Positions 8,801 through 15,508 of a stretch of DNA of 24,120 bases are shown in pieces. The notes under the pieces were generated by a model. The model was given only the letters and a program-made list of their open reading frames with translations, was not told where the DNA came from and ran no database searches. Source of the stretch: a virus (taxonomy: Duplodnaviria > Caudoviricetes); the IMG/VR virus record IMGVR_UViG_3300035198_000164, positions 1-24,120 of that record. One strand, written 5' to 3'. The translations under genes and the position numbers were made by a program. The first letter of the stretch is position 1. The number at the start of each line of letters is the position of its first letter.

Positions 8801-8949
8801 CAGAAGAGGACTTGATTGTGAAGCAGGAAGAGCTTCCAGAGATAGCCAAGTTAAAGAATAAGTTCGTAAAAGACTTCGAGGAACTTTTCGACGACATGGT
8901 AAAAGCCAGATCTGCTGGGCAACTGAACACTATTGAGGGATTGCAGTGA
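5866..8949 (+). CDS. Portal protein precursor containing an intein, with Pro-rich linker and C-terminal helical extension
   Basis: Position after terL; portal-like motifs LVYGNAYGEI, PLDPVYMRV, YGTSVL, ALGVPPVFMG, ISINEFRTEVGF. Confidence 0.9.
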   Translation: MQMANKKGKRPPWYRPFARAKYDAAMTTYQEFLANVLPPEQAQQYDVELPPTWRQQPLSWLLTSLGVKKKLPPGSGAGFVQTPYADVYTKVYGVTPIADLPKYRTMYRTQPDIQSAIELQTNMAIGRGFNIVHPDPQIQQYLTELVEDVNIPEAMSVMAHDCLVYGNAYGEILWENKETAEEQIFEFNDQYYAQSELERFKVKGAKPAEIKLEDGTTTNFVAQSIRKNKDAKIFYGIKPLDPVYMRVRRDSWGNIYGYIQWITFPPALIDTASMIHIKYRPKSWGYESLLPGTKVFANPSVKPIEELVEGEKVLTDNGTFEKIVAPRSFPYKGQRYKIYGWYSNAPIDCTWQHPILVKEKGGKEVFKLAKDLVKARRGDCLVIPIPSEVKDREKIDLLDFISLVNWRRGAHAKKGHPSEIAVDERFMRVVGYYLSEGFLSKTKVCFAFGEGDEEAITDCMETLKSYGATPWIKAYRRNPKIRVVMASHSALRNLFEREFGKGAKNKFLPEWVMKLPAEKQLELVKGFVAGDGTFYEKKWCMGTASEKLAYQLRMLLLRNKIKASVYGRIVRGAFRSKPENYYTVTGYFEKGQHGHIEKNRFYVPIRKIEKEYYEGVVWDIHVPNSETFVLQGGYVVHNSAYGTSVLMPLIKNNELLELFENDAAIWIHSRVVPPLIVKGGGDPSHPYTTAQMNALMTSLQGRTAASMIFVKSDVEIKELEGVAKALNVEWWLNYLQTRRFQALGVPPVFMGIRESANRASSEVVFQEFISRIQLLQELIASAFENQVLHPLVKAKFGETWVNPRREKVPMPKPRIVWAPIVEEDRNMRSQRLIQALQSRAISINEFRTEVGFPRREGEEYDSIGGPMMQTPVGTPFRPPAGTPVEAPKPPPEGVKKKEGALTSEQAFRVKKMMLISSQDQFKTELMQLVQKAKFELIQGDRLVKDLKKDILDKAKEIIGRHVTNAYLYGRMDVKQRAFTEEDLIVKQEELPEIAKLKNKFVKDFEELFDDMVKARSAGQLNTIEGLQ
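6727..7779 (+). mobile_element. Intein (351 aa) with LAGLIDADG homing endonuclease in the portal gene
   Basis: Block A SLLPGTKV...KPIEEL..GEKVLT, block B CTWQHPIL, LAGLIDADG-like VGYYLSEG and KGFVAGDG, block F/G VWDIHVPNSETFV...VVHN followed by Ser+1. Confidence 0.93.
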
Positions 8950-9248
8950 GCGAAGATAAGAAAAAGAAGCCGTTTGACGATCGAACGTTAGACTGGGAGA
9001 GACGGCTTGACTTGCAGACGCTGGCGGGGCTGATGAGCTCCTATAACGAGGGTCTCCGAGACGGGTACAGCGAGGTTGGAGAGGAAGAAGTTGTTTGGGT
9101 GACGGCCAACGACGAAAAAGTGTGCGAGATCTGCGGGGCGCTGGAGGGCGTTTACTTTAAGCTGGAAGATGCTGAAGGACTGCTTCCCGCTCATGTGAAT
9201 TGCCGTTGTGTTTGGGCTGCCGCTTCAGAATATACGGCGGAGAGATAG
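8946..9248 (+). CDS. Head morphogenesis protein, MuF / SPP1 gp7-like C-terminal domain
   Basis: WVTANDEKVCEICGALEG...LPAHVNCRC signature. Confidence 0.88.
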   Translation: MSEDKKKKPFDDRTLDWERRLDLQTLAGLMSSYNEGLRDGYSEVGEEEVVWVTANDEKVCEICGALEGVYFKLEDAEGLLPAHVNCRCVWAAASEYTAER

Positions 9249-9251
9249 GAT

Positions 9252-9653
9252 ATGTGCGCGGAGGTTACCTCTGATATTCCACGGTTGCTCCAGTTTTTGG
9301 AGGATCTGGAGGCTGGCTTCGAGGAGGAGTTTCCAATATTGGTGGGGGAGATAGGGGAAGCGAGGCTTAAAGAGGCTGAAAGGGACTCAAAGATTTACGC
9401 TCCCATAAGGACTGGCAGGCTTATGCGCTCAATCAGGATAGAGCAGGTGGGCCCTCTACACTGGAAATATATAGCCGACCCCAAAAACCCCACAACGGGA
9501 GGGGGCTATGCCGCCTATGTTGAGTATGGGACATCTAAACAGCAGGAGCAACCCTATGCTTGGCCAGCTCTTAGGGCGGCAGCAGATGCGATAGTCGAAG
9601 ATGTTAAAAAGGCAGTAGTCAATAAAATTAAAGAATCTCTGGGGAGAGTTTGA
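9252..9653 (+). CDS. HK97 gp10-like putative tail completion protein
   Basis: APIRTGRLMRSI and YAAYVEYGTSKQQEQPYAWPAL. Confidence 0.85.
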   Translation: MCAEVTSDIPRLLQFLEDLEAGFEEEFPILVGEIGEARLKEAERDSKIYAPIRTGRLMRSIRIEQVGPLHWKYIADPKNPTTGGGYAAYVEYGTSKQQEQPYAWPALRAAADAIVEDVKKAVVNKIKESLGRV

Positions 9654-9796
9654 GCTTGAGTGCAAGGCTGGGTTCTTTGGCTTCGCGCGACTCTTGGTTT
9701 CGCCAGTGCCCAATATGTAGGAAAATCTATACAGTAGTGGCTTTGGGAAACAACGGGAACAGAACACCCTGCTGTGGAGTGTTGATTTTGGGATGA
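9650..9796 (+). CDS. Small zinc-finger protein (48 aa; not in ORF track)
   Basis: TTG start overlaps the upstream stop and the stop overlaps the next ATG; CPIC...TPCCG. Confidence 0.6.
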   Translation: MSLSARLGSLASRDSWFRQCPICRKIYTVVALGNNGNRTPCCGVLILG

Positions 9797-10674
9797 GCGT
9801 GCCTACAGAGTATCAGAGGCAGATGCAAAAGGCTTTGGAGGAATGGAGGAAGTTAGTGTTCAGGGAAGGTATAATAGGATATTTGAAAGATCCATCTACT
9901 CAAAAAATAATTAAGGGAGAACAAATGTCTACAGAAATTTTAAATCCTGTAACTCAACCCTCGATGCTTTATCCAGCGTTGTATGGAGTCAGACCCCGAA
10001 GAAAGGATTATATATGCAGGTGGTGCAAGAGCGATAACCGCTCGAGGCTCGCACTCATTGCCCCGAAGCAGGACGACGTAATTTTCGGGATGACGTGTGA
10101 CTGGTGCGATAAATGGTGGTTTGCCTCTGCAAAGCTGATTCTAAATGAAACTATGAAAGACCAGCTTGACCGCATTGCCAACTTCACAAAGAAGACTGGA
10201 AAGGAGTTTGGAGCCCTGATTTTAAGGACTGAAAAAGGCATAATACTGGATATGGTGCAAATTGGGGAGGGACGCTCCATAGAGTTCGCCCCCACCAGAG
10301 AGCTTCGGAGCGACGAAGAAATCCTTGGCTCGTGGCACGCACACCCAATTTCCAATGAGCCCAGCTTCTGGGATATTGGCTCATTCCTCAGAGACAAATG
10401 GGAGAAAATAAGCTGCGTCAGCGGGGCGGAAGGCGCTTTGACAGTTATGATAAAGACGGACGAGACAGTTCCCCTTAGCGCAGACGAGCTGGAAAACTGG
10501 GAGAAAACAAATCGGGAGGCAGACACCCCCATTGAAAAGATAGCTGAGCAATATAAGTTTCTGCTCTATCAGGGAACACTGGACGCGCTTAAGCTGGTTG
10601 GAGGAGAGGAAAAAACCACAACGTTGGAGAACCTTATGAATGGAGTTAGAGGAACAAAAGATTTAGGAGGTTAG
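9793..10674 (+). CDS. JAB/MPN+ (JAMM) metalloprotease-domain protein with zinc ribbon and an MCP-like N-terminal segment
   Basis: KEFGALI...GSWHAHPISNEPSFWD = E...HxHP...PSxxD; CRWC/CDWC; possible second start at ATG 9925 after AAGGGAG. Confidence 0.82.
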   Translation: MSVPTEYQRQMQKALEEWRKLVFREGIIGYLKDPSTQKIIKGEQMSTEILNPVTQPSMLYPALYGVRPRRKDYICRWCKSDNRSRLALIAPKQDDVIFGMTCDWCDKWWFASAKLILNETMKDQLDRIANFTKKTGKEFGALILRTEKGIILDMVQIGEGRSIEFAPTRELRSDEEILGSWHAHPISNEPSFWDIGSFLRDKWEKISCVSGAEGALTVMIKTDETVPLSADELENWEKTNREADTPIEKIAEQYKFLLYQGTLDALKLVGGEEKTTTLENLMNGVRGTKDLGG

Positions 10675-10680
10675 ATAAAA

Positions 10681-11139
10681 ATGAGTGAAGAAGATCCAAA
10701 GGAAAAGGCGATAGCCGCGAGGGAGAAAAAATATGGCTACCGACGTGGAACTAATGCAAGCCTGACAAAGCCGAAGGAGTATGAGGACTTGCCAGAAAGC
10801 CAGTTTGCAGACCCAGTTGGCTACAACTACCCCATAGACAAGGAACATATCCGCGCCGCTATAACGTACTGGGCGCGCATGGAAAACAGAAAGGCGTACA
10901 GCGACCCGAAGGCCAGAGCTTTCATCACTGAAAGAATCGTCAGGGCGGCTTTGGCTAACGGTATTGAAGTGAGCTGGCAGGCAGACGACCCCGATTACAG
11001 GAAGCTGCCAGAAAGCTTAAAGAGGAGAATGGCAGGCTATGAGGAAGATGAGGCAAAGAGGAAGGAAGAGGATTTAAAGGCGGCTGTTGCCCAAGAAATA
11101 CTTGAGGCATGGGACAAATATAGCAGAGGAGAACTTTAA
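10681..11139 (+). CDS. DUF6582-like phage head-region protein
   Basis: DLPESQFADPVGYNYPIDKEHIRAAITYW resembles that family's pattern (from memory); GGAGGT RBS. Confidence 0.7.
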   Translation: MSEEDPKEKAIAAREKKYGYRRGTNASLTKPKEYEDLPESQFADPVGYNYPIDKEHIRAAITYWARMENRKAYSDPKARAFITERIVRAALANGIEVSWQADDPDYRKLPESLKRRMAGYEEDEAKRKEEDLKAAVAQEILEAWDKYSRGEL

Positions 11140-11152
11140 AGGAGGGAAAAAT

Positions 11153-11440
11153 ATGGCTTCAGTGCCAGATGCAGTTTATCCCCTTTCAACATACCCTGCG
11201 ATAGTAACTCAGTAGCTTGCTTCAACATATATTTCGGGTTCTGTTATTTCGGGGAGCACTATTAGCGCTTCAAGAGAAGTGATTGGGACAATAAACAGTG
11301 CCATACCTTCTGGTTCTATGGCGGTTGGAGAGATCGTTATAGTAACAGGTTCTGCGACGGCGGCTTTATACTTTAAAGCTCCGAGCGGCAGCGGAAATGC
11401 GATTTTCAAGCTGGCTGCAACATATCAAAGCGACGCATAG
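11153..11440 (+). pseudogene. 95-codon SGS-rich structural-type gene interrupted by an in-frame TAG at codon 21 (pseudogene, error or readthrough)
   Basis: Strong RBS AAAGGAGGGAAAAATATG; MASVPDAVYPLSTYPAIVTQ*LASTYISGSVISGS...PSGSGNAIFKLAATYQSDA*; TAG at 11213-11215. Confidence 0.7.
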
Positions 11441-11494
11441 CGAACAGGAAATACCATGTAGTGAGGAAAATACATACGCTGGCTGGGCGCTGTT

Positions 11495-11764
11495 TTGAGC
11501 AATGAGCCTTTATCCAAAGACGATTTCATAAAGTGGTTGAAGGAACTCCGGGAATGTGAGAAAGCCGATAAAAATCCCATCTGCCCCTATTTAGGTAAAA
11601 TTGACTCTATGGAAGCCAAAATCGGCGCTGTGGAAAAGGCGGTTGAGGGACTAAAAATAAATATCAGTTGGCTCAAAAGAGGATATTGGATACAGGCTGT
11701 ATGTGGAATAGGCTCTTTCCTCACAGTGCTCATGCTAGCTCTTAGGTTTATGGGGTTGCTTTAA
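11495..11764 (+). CDS. Small coiled-coil protein with C-terminal TM helix (possibly lysis-related)
   Basis: Heptad segment then hydrophobic C-terminus; function is a guess. Confidence 0.6.
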   Translation: MSNEPLSKDDFIKWLKELRECEKADKNPICPYLGKIDSMEAKIGAVEKAVEGLKINISWLKRGYWIQAVCGIGSFLTVLMLALRFMGLL

Positions 11765-11765
11765 A

Positions 11766-12194
11766 ATGCCATGGGATGTAACGGAAGATTATATAAGGAG
11801 CGGCCACAGAGACCCAGCAAGGTACGATCCAGATAGTTTCAGAATTATAAGTATCAGCGCAAAAGAGGGAATTCGAGCGGTCATAGCTTGCCCTAAAGGA
11901 AAGTTCAGAGAGGGCCAGTGCCGAAACGGCACAGAGGTTCAGAGCTACCTTTTTATGAGGTCTAAGGGGTGGACGCTGGAGAAAGCGAAGGCGTGGTATC
12001 AAGACCATAAGAAAGAGGAGGCCCCCTTTGATCTGCCGCCAGACGTGAGGACAACGTACATCGAAGAAAGAATGAAAAAGGGCTTTGAACAGTTCGCAGA
12101 AGAGATGAAGAGGGCGTTACAGGAAATGGACGGCAGATGGTATGAGAGGCCCGGGCAGAGAATAGAGCCAAAAAAGAGGGGGGAGACGCATTAA
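11766..12194 (+). CDS. Conserved phage head-region protein
   Basis: RDPARYDPDSFR...GIRAVI...EVQSYLF...WTLEKAKAWYQDH resembles a small domain seen beside or fused to prohead proteases (from memory). Confidence 0.65.
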   Translation: MPWDVTEDYIRSGHRDPARYDPDSFRIISISAKEGIRAVIACPKGKFREGQCRNGTEVQSYLFMRSKGWTLEKAKAWYQDHKKEEAPFDLPPDVRTTYIEERMKKGFEQFAEEMKRALQEMDGRWYERPGQRIEPKKRGETH

Positions 12195-13514
12195 ATGCTG
12201 GATTTAACGTGGCTCTCAGAACTTGAGGCTACAGAGGGGCAGGAACCGAGGCAGGAAACCCTGATAATAAAGGGCACCCTACTGGATACAAGCGTCAACA
12301 GCAACAAATGGGCTGTGCCTATAGAGGAGTTCCCTTCAGTTACAAAGCAGGTTCCCGGCGCTCAGATGAGAATAGACCACGGCAAAAGCGTAATGGATAT
12401 AGTCGGCTCAGCTACTAAAGCCGTATACGACGAAAAGGCAAAAAAGATCCTATTTGAAGCCGAAATCGATGAGCCAGCTATTATACGGAGAATTTTGAAG
12501 AACAGGGTCAAATACGTCAGCATAGGCGCAAAAGCCGACGCATTTTGTAGCAAGTGCGGCCAAAAGACAAGGCCCTTTAAAAGCTGCAAGTGCGAGGACG
12601 CGCATGAAATTATAAAAAACATCAAACTACGTGAAATCAGCATTATCGCCGAACCAGCTTATAGGGACACCCAGTTTGAACCAGCTGGGTTTGTTGCGGT
12701 TCTTGAAGCAGCCCTTTCACAAAATAATATTAAAGAAGTTAAAAGTGGCGACGCACCCGTAGATGCGGCTCAAAAACCGAGTCCCGCCACGACAGATGAG
12801 GCTCTGAGCCAAAGCGGGGAAAAAAGCAAGGAGGAAAATAAAAAGATGTCTAGCGAAGATGTCAAAATAAAGGTCAAAAAGGACGAAGAGGAAGCGAAGA
12901 AGAAGGATGTCGAACTAAAGCCAGCGGGAGAGGATGCGGTTCTCATTCTCGGAAAGAAGCTAGAAGCACTCTCCAAGCGTGTCGATGAGATAGAGAAGAA
13001 GATTTCTGTTGCACCGCCTTCAACACACGAACAAAAGGTTCCTAAGAAAGAGGAAGAGGAAGAGGAAGAGGAAGAGCGCAAGAAGAAGGAAGAGGAAGAA
13101 GAGGAAGACGAAGAGGAAGAAGAGCGCAGGAAGGAAGGAAGACGCAAGAAGGAAGAGGAAGAAGAGGAAGAGGAAGAAGAGGAAGAGGAAGAAGAGGAAG
13201 AAGAGGGAAGGCGCAAGAAAGGACGCTTAAAGAAAGAAGAGGAAGATGAAGTTCTTCCGCTTGTCAGAAAGCTACTTGAAGTAATTCGAAAGGTTGATGA
13301 AGTAAAGAAGAAAGAAACAGAGGAAGACGACGAAGACGGGGAAGACGAGGAAGAAGAGGAAGACGAGAGAGAAGCAAAGAAAAAGGAAGCCTCAAAGGGC
13401 ACAAGGGTTGACACTAGCCAAGACGTGAAAGCTTCCTCAATCGTTAGCGGCACAAGCACTCCATGGTGGGAGGAAATAAAGGCAGCGGCAAAGAAGAGTG
13501 GAGTTCTACCTTAA
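12195..13514 (+). CDS. Prohead protease fused to an acidic scaffolding region
   Basis: N.N.W, IDHG (His), YVSIGA (Ser), REISII.EPAY motifs; CSKC zinc insertion; position before cement and MCP genes. Confidence 0.85.
   Translation: MLDLTWLSELEATEGQEPRQETLIIKGTLLDTSVNSNKWAVPIEEFPSVTKQVPGAQMRIDHGKSVMDIVGSATKAVYDEKAKKILFEAEIDEPAIIRRILKNRVKYVSIGAKADAFCSKCGQKTRPFKSCKCEDAHEIIKNIKLREISIIAEPAYRDTQFEPAGFVAVLEAALSQNNIKEVKSGDAPVDAAQKPSPATTDEALSQSGEKSKEENKKMSSEDVKIKVKKDEEEAKKKDVELKPAGEDAVLILGKKLEALSKRVDEIEKKISVAPPSTHEQKVPKKEEEEEEEEERKKKEEEEEEDEEEEERRKEGRRKKEEEEEEEEEEEEEEEEEEGRRKKGRLKKEEEDEVLPLVRKLLEVIRKVDEVKKKETEEDDEDGEDEEEEEDEREAKKKEASKGTRVDTSQDVKASSIVSGTSTPWWEEIKAAAKKSGVLP
12846..13514 (+). CDS. Putative nested in-frame scaffolding protein (MSSEDVKIK...)
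   Basis: Internal AAGGAGGAAAATAAAAAGATG is almost identical to the MCP RBS AAGGAGGAATAAAAAGATG. Confidence 0.65.
   Translation: MSSEDVKIKVKKDEEEAKKKDVELKPAGEDAVLILGKKLEALSKRVDEIEKKISVAPPSTHEQKVPKKEEEEEEEEERKKKEEEEEEDEEEEERRKEGRRKKEEEEEEEEEEEEEEEEEEGRRKKGRLKKEEEDEVLPLVRKLLEVIRKVDEVKKKETEEDDEDGEDEEEEEDEREAKKKEASKGTRVDTSQDVKASSIVSGTSTPWWEEIKAAAKKSGVLP
13045..13390 (+). repeat. GAA/GAG purine-rich low-complexity repeat encoding alternating poly-Glu and R/K blocks
   Basis: Repeated GAAGAGGAA units; KKEEEEEEEEERKKKEEEEEE...GRRKK. Confidence 0.9.
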
Positions 13515-13530
13515 AAAGGAGGGAAAATAA

Positions 13531-13959
13531 ATGGCATTCGCATATTATGAGGGAACTAAAGACTACCTAGTCATGACTCCAGCGCTCTTAGTCACTTTCA
13601 GAGCTAGCGGATCTATTTCTGCTGGTCAGGGAGTGGCCTTTGATGCGGGGGGCACCAGCGATGTTTATGTTCCAACTACGGCTCTAGGAGCAACTCCGTG
13701 CGCGGGGATTGCGCTAAGAACTGTTAGCTCGGGCGATCCAGTCACAGTGCTGGTGTGGGGCTATGCAAAGAACCTCACTTCAATAACACAGGTTAAGACA
13801 CCAGGTATGTGGATTGCGCTTTCAGGATCAGCAGGGGCTTTTGCAGAACTAACCACAGGTTCATTCCTAGGCAGTCCAAATGCTTGCGCTGGCAAAGTAG
13901 TGTCAGGCTCTGCATCCGCAACAGGCAAGTTCATGGCCTTTATAGACTGCATGAAGTAA
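13531..13959 (+). CDS. Capsid cement/decoration protein (DUF2190-like)
   Basis: Small A/G/S/T-rich beta protein just before the MCP; TFRASGSISAGQGV...GIALRTVSSGDPVTV. Confidence 0.75.
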   Translation: MAFAYYEGTKDYLVMTPALLVTFRASGSISAGQGVAFDAGGTSDVYVPTTALGATPCAGIALRTVSSGDPVTVLVWGYAKNLTSITQVKTPGMWIALSGSAGAFAELTTGSFLGSPNACAGKVVSGSASATGKFMAFIDCMK

Positions 13960-13989
13960 AAACCCATTTTTTATTTTTAAACCGTAAAA

Positions 13990-14025
13990 GTTGCAACTGA
14001 TGAGGTTGCAACTGACCGTTCAGTT
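13990..14025 (+). promoter_or_regulatory. Tandem palindromic repeat and hairpin upstream of the MCP gene
   Basis: GTTGCAACTGA at 13990-14000 and 14005-14015; AACTGA-CCGT-TCAGTT hairpin; preceded by a T-rich tract. Confidence 0.45.
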
Positions 14026-14062
14026 CACCAAACATTAAAAGATAAAAAGGAGGAATAAAAAG

Positions 14063-14992
14063 ATGAGCCTACAACGTGAGATTCTATCGCCTGTAACTAC
14101 AGCAGGAATGCTTTATCCCGCTCTGCATCAGTTGATTCTTCAGATAGCTATGCCAAACATGGTGACACGCCAGTTTTACCAGCAATACACTTTGACGGCA
14201 TCAAACAGCATAACCTTCTCAAAGCAGTCTGGTTCTCCAGGAGCTGTCGTTGACGAGGTTTCCGAAGGTTCAGAGATTCCGCTGGACGTTACTCCATACA
14301 CATCGACTACGGTTGTTCCAAAGAAGGTTGGGCATGGCTTCGTGATAACCCGAGAGTTCATAGAGGATTCCGCGATTCCAGTACAGCAAGACCAGATTGT
14401 TCGTTCATCGATGCGAGTTGCGAACAAGATAGACAAGGACTGCGTTGCCGCGCTTCAGGCGGGGGCTTCAGGGTCTGTAACAGCAACGGGGAAGACACTC
14501 GCAACAAACGGCACAGAGTTTGTGCTCTCAGGCTCTGGCGGGCCGGGCATAGGAATGTACGATATTATCGACGCAATTTCCATGGTGGAGGCAAACAACT
14601 ACATACCAGATACCCTTCTGGTGCATCCATACCAAAAGAAGTTCATTACGAAGCTACCGCACTTTACCGCTCTAATGTATTATGGATCGCCGCTTCTGGC
14701 TGAGGGTATGATGGCTGTTCCAGGCAAGTTTGGAGATATCCTCGGTCTAGATGCCTTTGCTTCGACCAACTGCCCAACAGGGTCAGCCTTTGTGTTGAGC
14801 CGCGGAAGGACAACGAATATCTTGGGACAATACAGCCCAATGGGATTCTTCGTCGAGAGACGGCCGCTGACAACTGCCGTTAAAGCGCTGGAAGAGAGGG
14901 ATAGCATAGGAGTTTACATAACTACGAGATACGGCGTGGTTGTGCTGAAGGGAGAGACAGCAGCCGCGATCAACGGTATTAACGTCTCGTAA
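14063..14992 (+). CDS. Major capsid protein, HK97 fold
   Basis: EVSEGSEIP, PKKVGHGFVITREFIEDS, PDTLLVHP; size, strong RBS and position. Confidence 0.9.
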   Translation: MSLQREILSPVTTAGMLYPALHQLILQIAMPNMVTRQFYQQYTLTASNSITFSKQSGSPGAVVDEVSEGSEIPLDVTPYTSTTVVPKKVGHGFVITREFIEDSAIPVQQDQIVRSSMRVANKIDKDCVAALQAGASGSVTATGKTLATNGTEFVLSGSGGPGIGMYDIIDAISMVEANNYIPDTLLVHPYQKKFITKLPHFTALMYYGSPLLAEGMMAVPGKFGDILGLDAFASTNCPTGSAFVLSRGRTTNILGQYSPMGFFVERRPLTTAVKALEERDSIGVYITTRYGVVVLKGETAAAINGINVS

Positions 14993-15002
14993 ACTGCCTA
15001 AA

Positions 15003-15030
15003 TTTTTTCGGGGAGGAGAAACCTCCTCCT
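15003..15030 (+). terminator. Oligo-T tract followed by a hairpin after the MCP gene
   Basis: TTTTTT at 15003-15008; GGAGGAG-AAAC-CTCCTCC at 15012-15029. Confidence 0.4.
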
Positions 15031-15075
15031 CAAACCAATAAAGGTTGAGGAAACATAGATAAAGCACTTTGTGTG

Positions 15076-15316
15076 TTCAGGATAGGGGCGCGTGTAAAGT
15101 AAGAGTTTGCCTGCTTCCGAGGGGTCGGCCAACTCCTCGGTAGCAGACAAATTTCTGCTCCAAGCGTTGCTCTGATTCCTGAATTACTAGAGCGTCTAGA
15201 AGGTTTCCTCACCTGCGCGAGAAACAAGGGTAGGCCCAATGGGTGGGGGAGGGGCCTTACGCACGCGGAAGTCCTATCCTCGCGTGATGGCCCTTGCTCT
15301 AGACGAGGTGAGGAAA
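15076..15316 (+). ncRNA. Candidate structured RNA / cis-regulatory element, family not recognised
   Basis: Many 6-11 bp complementary segments in an intergenic gap, including an 11-bp perfect pairing over the downstream RBS. Confidence 0.55.
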
Positions 15317-15508
15317 GTGAGCGTAGAGAATCCTCTGGACTGGTATCTGAATAAGTACTGTTCTAAATGCGAGAAGAGACCATGCACCGCTGCGGGAAGC
15401 GGAGTTTACTCCCCGAACTGGAACGCCAAACTGATGTGCGCCATAGCCGCCTCAATCATGTATCAGTTTGATAGAACAACCCTTAAACAGATCAGGGGCA
15501 AAAAGTAA
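15317..15508 (+). CDS. Small Cys-containing protein (start placed at GTG 15317 rather than 15239)
   Basis: GAGGTGA RBS at 15305-15311; CSKC...C...C; TAATG overlap with the next gene. Confidence 0.65.
   Translation: MSVENPLDWYLNKYCSKCEKRPCTAAGSGVYSPNWNAKLMCAIAASIMYQFDRTTLKQIRGKK

Noticed and set aside
10660-10674. JAB protein ends in ...DLGG, like a ubiquitin-type C-terminus
   Set aside because: The Gly-Gly codons (GGAGGT) are the RBS of the next gene, which explains them; no beta-grasp domain is evident.
12770-13459. Minus-strand poly-Ser ORF and the +1-frame poly-Arg/Lys ORF (13009-13230)
   Set aside because: Shadows of the GAA/GAG low-complexity tract, with no RBS.
11153-13590. YPAI (11153 peptide) and MTPALL (cement) as further copies of the MCP MLYPAL tag
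   Set aside because: Only 3-4 matching residues, compatible with chance.
13997-14020. CTGATGAG hammerhead-like core (also at 17142)
   Set aside because: No GAAA after a stem II and no stem I/III arrangement.
15239-15316. N-terminal extension MGGGGALRTRK... of the ORF ending at 15508
   Set aside because: No RBS at 15239, the segment lies within the paired RNA region, and a clear GAGGTGA RBS precedes GTG 15317.
15076-15316. tRNA, SRP RNA or RNase P identity for the structured region
   Set aside because: No cloverleaf or T-loop, no SRP helix-8 motif and no RNase P P4 consensus recognisable.
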